Part shown: positions 63,162 through 64,000 of the stretch, piece by piece
How the letters are laid out: each line of letters starts with the position of its first letter
Position numbering within the stretch: position 1 is the stretch's first letter
DNA from: Rebecca billardiae RCC1528
Lineage: Eukaryota > Protista > Haptophyta
Direction: 5' to 3'
Assembly: GCA_965240325.2 (NCBI GenBank)
Contig: OZ251226.1
Coordinates: 992,001 to 1,056,000, forward strand
Length of the DNA stretch: 64,000 nucleotides
Notes under the pieces: generated by a model
Told to the model about the DNA's origin: nothing
Database searches by the model: none
The model's input: only the letters and a program-made list of their open reading frames with translations
Made by a program: the position numbers and the translations under genes

Positions 63162-64000
63162 TGCCTGTACTACTAATTTATCGAACGCTGACGTTCCGGG
63201 TCAGTCCGTGCGGATCTACCTGCGTGCGGCAGTATTCCGGCAAGTTCGCCCGACCTCTCGGGCTTATAAATACACGTATGTACCTACTATTGAGTATGAC
63301 TGACGCCGCGATATGAAAACGGATGACTGCGATCTAGATAAAATTAATATTATCAGGAACATCGATCATCAGGTTATACTGAGGAATAATTTAAAATGCA
63401 CAGCCATATTATCTGATCGGACTCATCTGGTCGAGTCGTATACGAAGTCTGTAACACTCAGTACCGCGTGACGACACGTATTACATGATACTCGTAATGT
63501 TTTCAGTGCCGATGGCGATTACAGTGATCGGACGCTTTTAAACTAAAACTATTGGGTAAACGCGAGCTCCGAGCGTCTCGAGCCCTGCTAAGAGCTCACC
63601 GGCACGTCCTCGGGCGCGTCGTCGGTGACGCCCACGAAGGCAATCTCGACCCTCGCTCCTCTGACGAGCGAAGCTAATCCTCCTGCCGCAACCAACTTTC
63701 GGTTGCGCAGGGTGACACGGCGTTTTGCGGCCCGGCTCGGGAATCTTGTAACCTTCCTGAGCCCCGCTTCCGTGCGTCCGCCAATCGCAGGCGTTACCGA
63801 CGCACCGCCGTAAGCTCATCTTTCCCCCAGGTACTCGGTAATGTCATCGGACCTGGGTAAGCTGCGCACGGACCCATGATCCCGGATTCTCGATTCTCAA
63901 AACTGAGAATCCGGGCGTCCATGAATGAAGTGATCGAGTCCGTTGTTCCTTGGACTCTTCCACGATGGCGCCCGCCTGTGCCGCCGGCGTGCCATCCGTG

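Overview
A very GC-rich eukaryotic genomic window. It carries flagellar genes, short GC-rich GT-AG and GC-AG introns and a signal-peptide plus transit-peptide protein, which together suggest a flagellated alga with a complex plastid. A haptophyte such as a Pavlovales member is my best inference, but this is unverified. Bases ~1.7-10.2 kb are a nest of non-autonomous transposons. It contains four related elements in alternating orientation, and a fifth copy lies at 25.8-27.6 kb. Their ends keep a conserved single-stranded fold despite divergent sequence: a 5' hairpin, asymmetric inverted repeats that co-vary between two subfamilies, and two GNA-triloop mini-hairpins on opposite strands. This is the architecture of Helitron2/Helentron-type rolling-circle elements. 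A hAT-like element with an 8-bp TSD also sits in this nest. The rest is gene-dense and mostly arranged as head-to-head pairs. Genes: a 37-aa-repeat (HPR/OPR-like) RAP protein with near-identical TALE-like repeats, an ankyrin protein, STI1/HOP, an EsV-1-7 repeat protein, a GH13 branching enzyme, a 2-O-sulfotransferase-like protein, a COPI-associated/EF-hand protein, IFT139, an axonemal inner-arm dynein heavy chain, a sulfite-oxidase-family molybdoenzyme, a PP2A B'' subunit, homocysteine S-methyltransferase, a DDX21-like helicase and three hypothetical proteins. A 1.1-kb foldback element (~410-bp inverted arms, 7-bp TSD) lies in the shared promoter of IFT139 and the dynein gene. Most other long ORFs in the track are antisense or off-frame shadows caused by high GC content. 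All identifications come from motifs recognised by eye; no searches were run.
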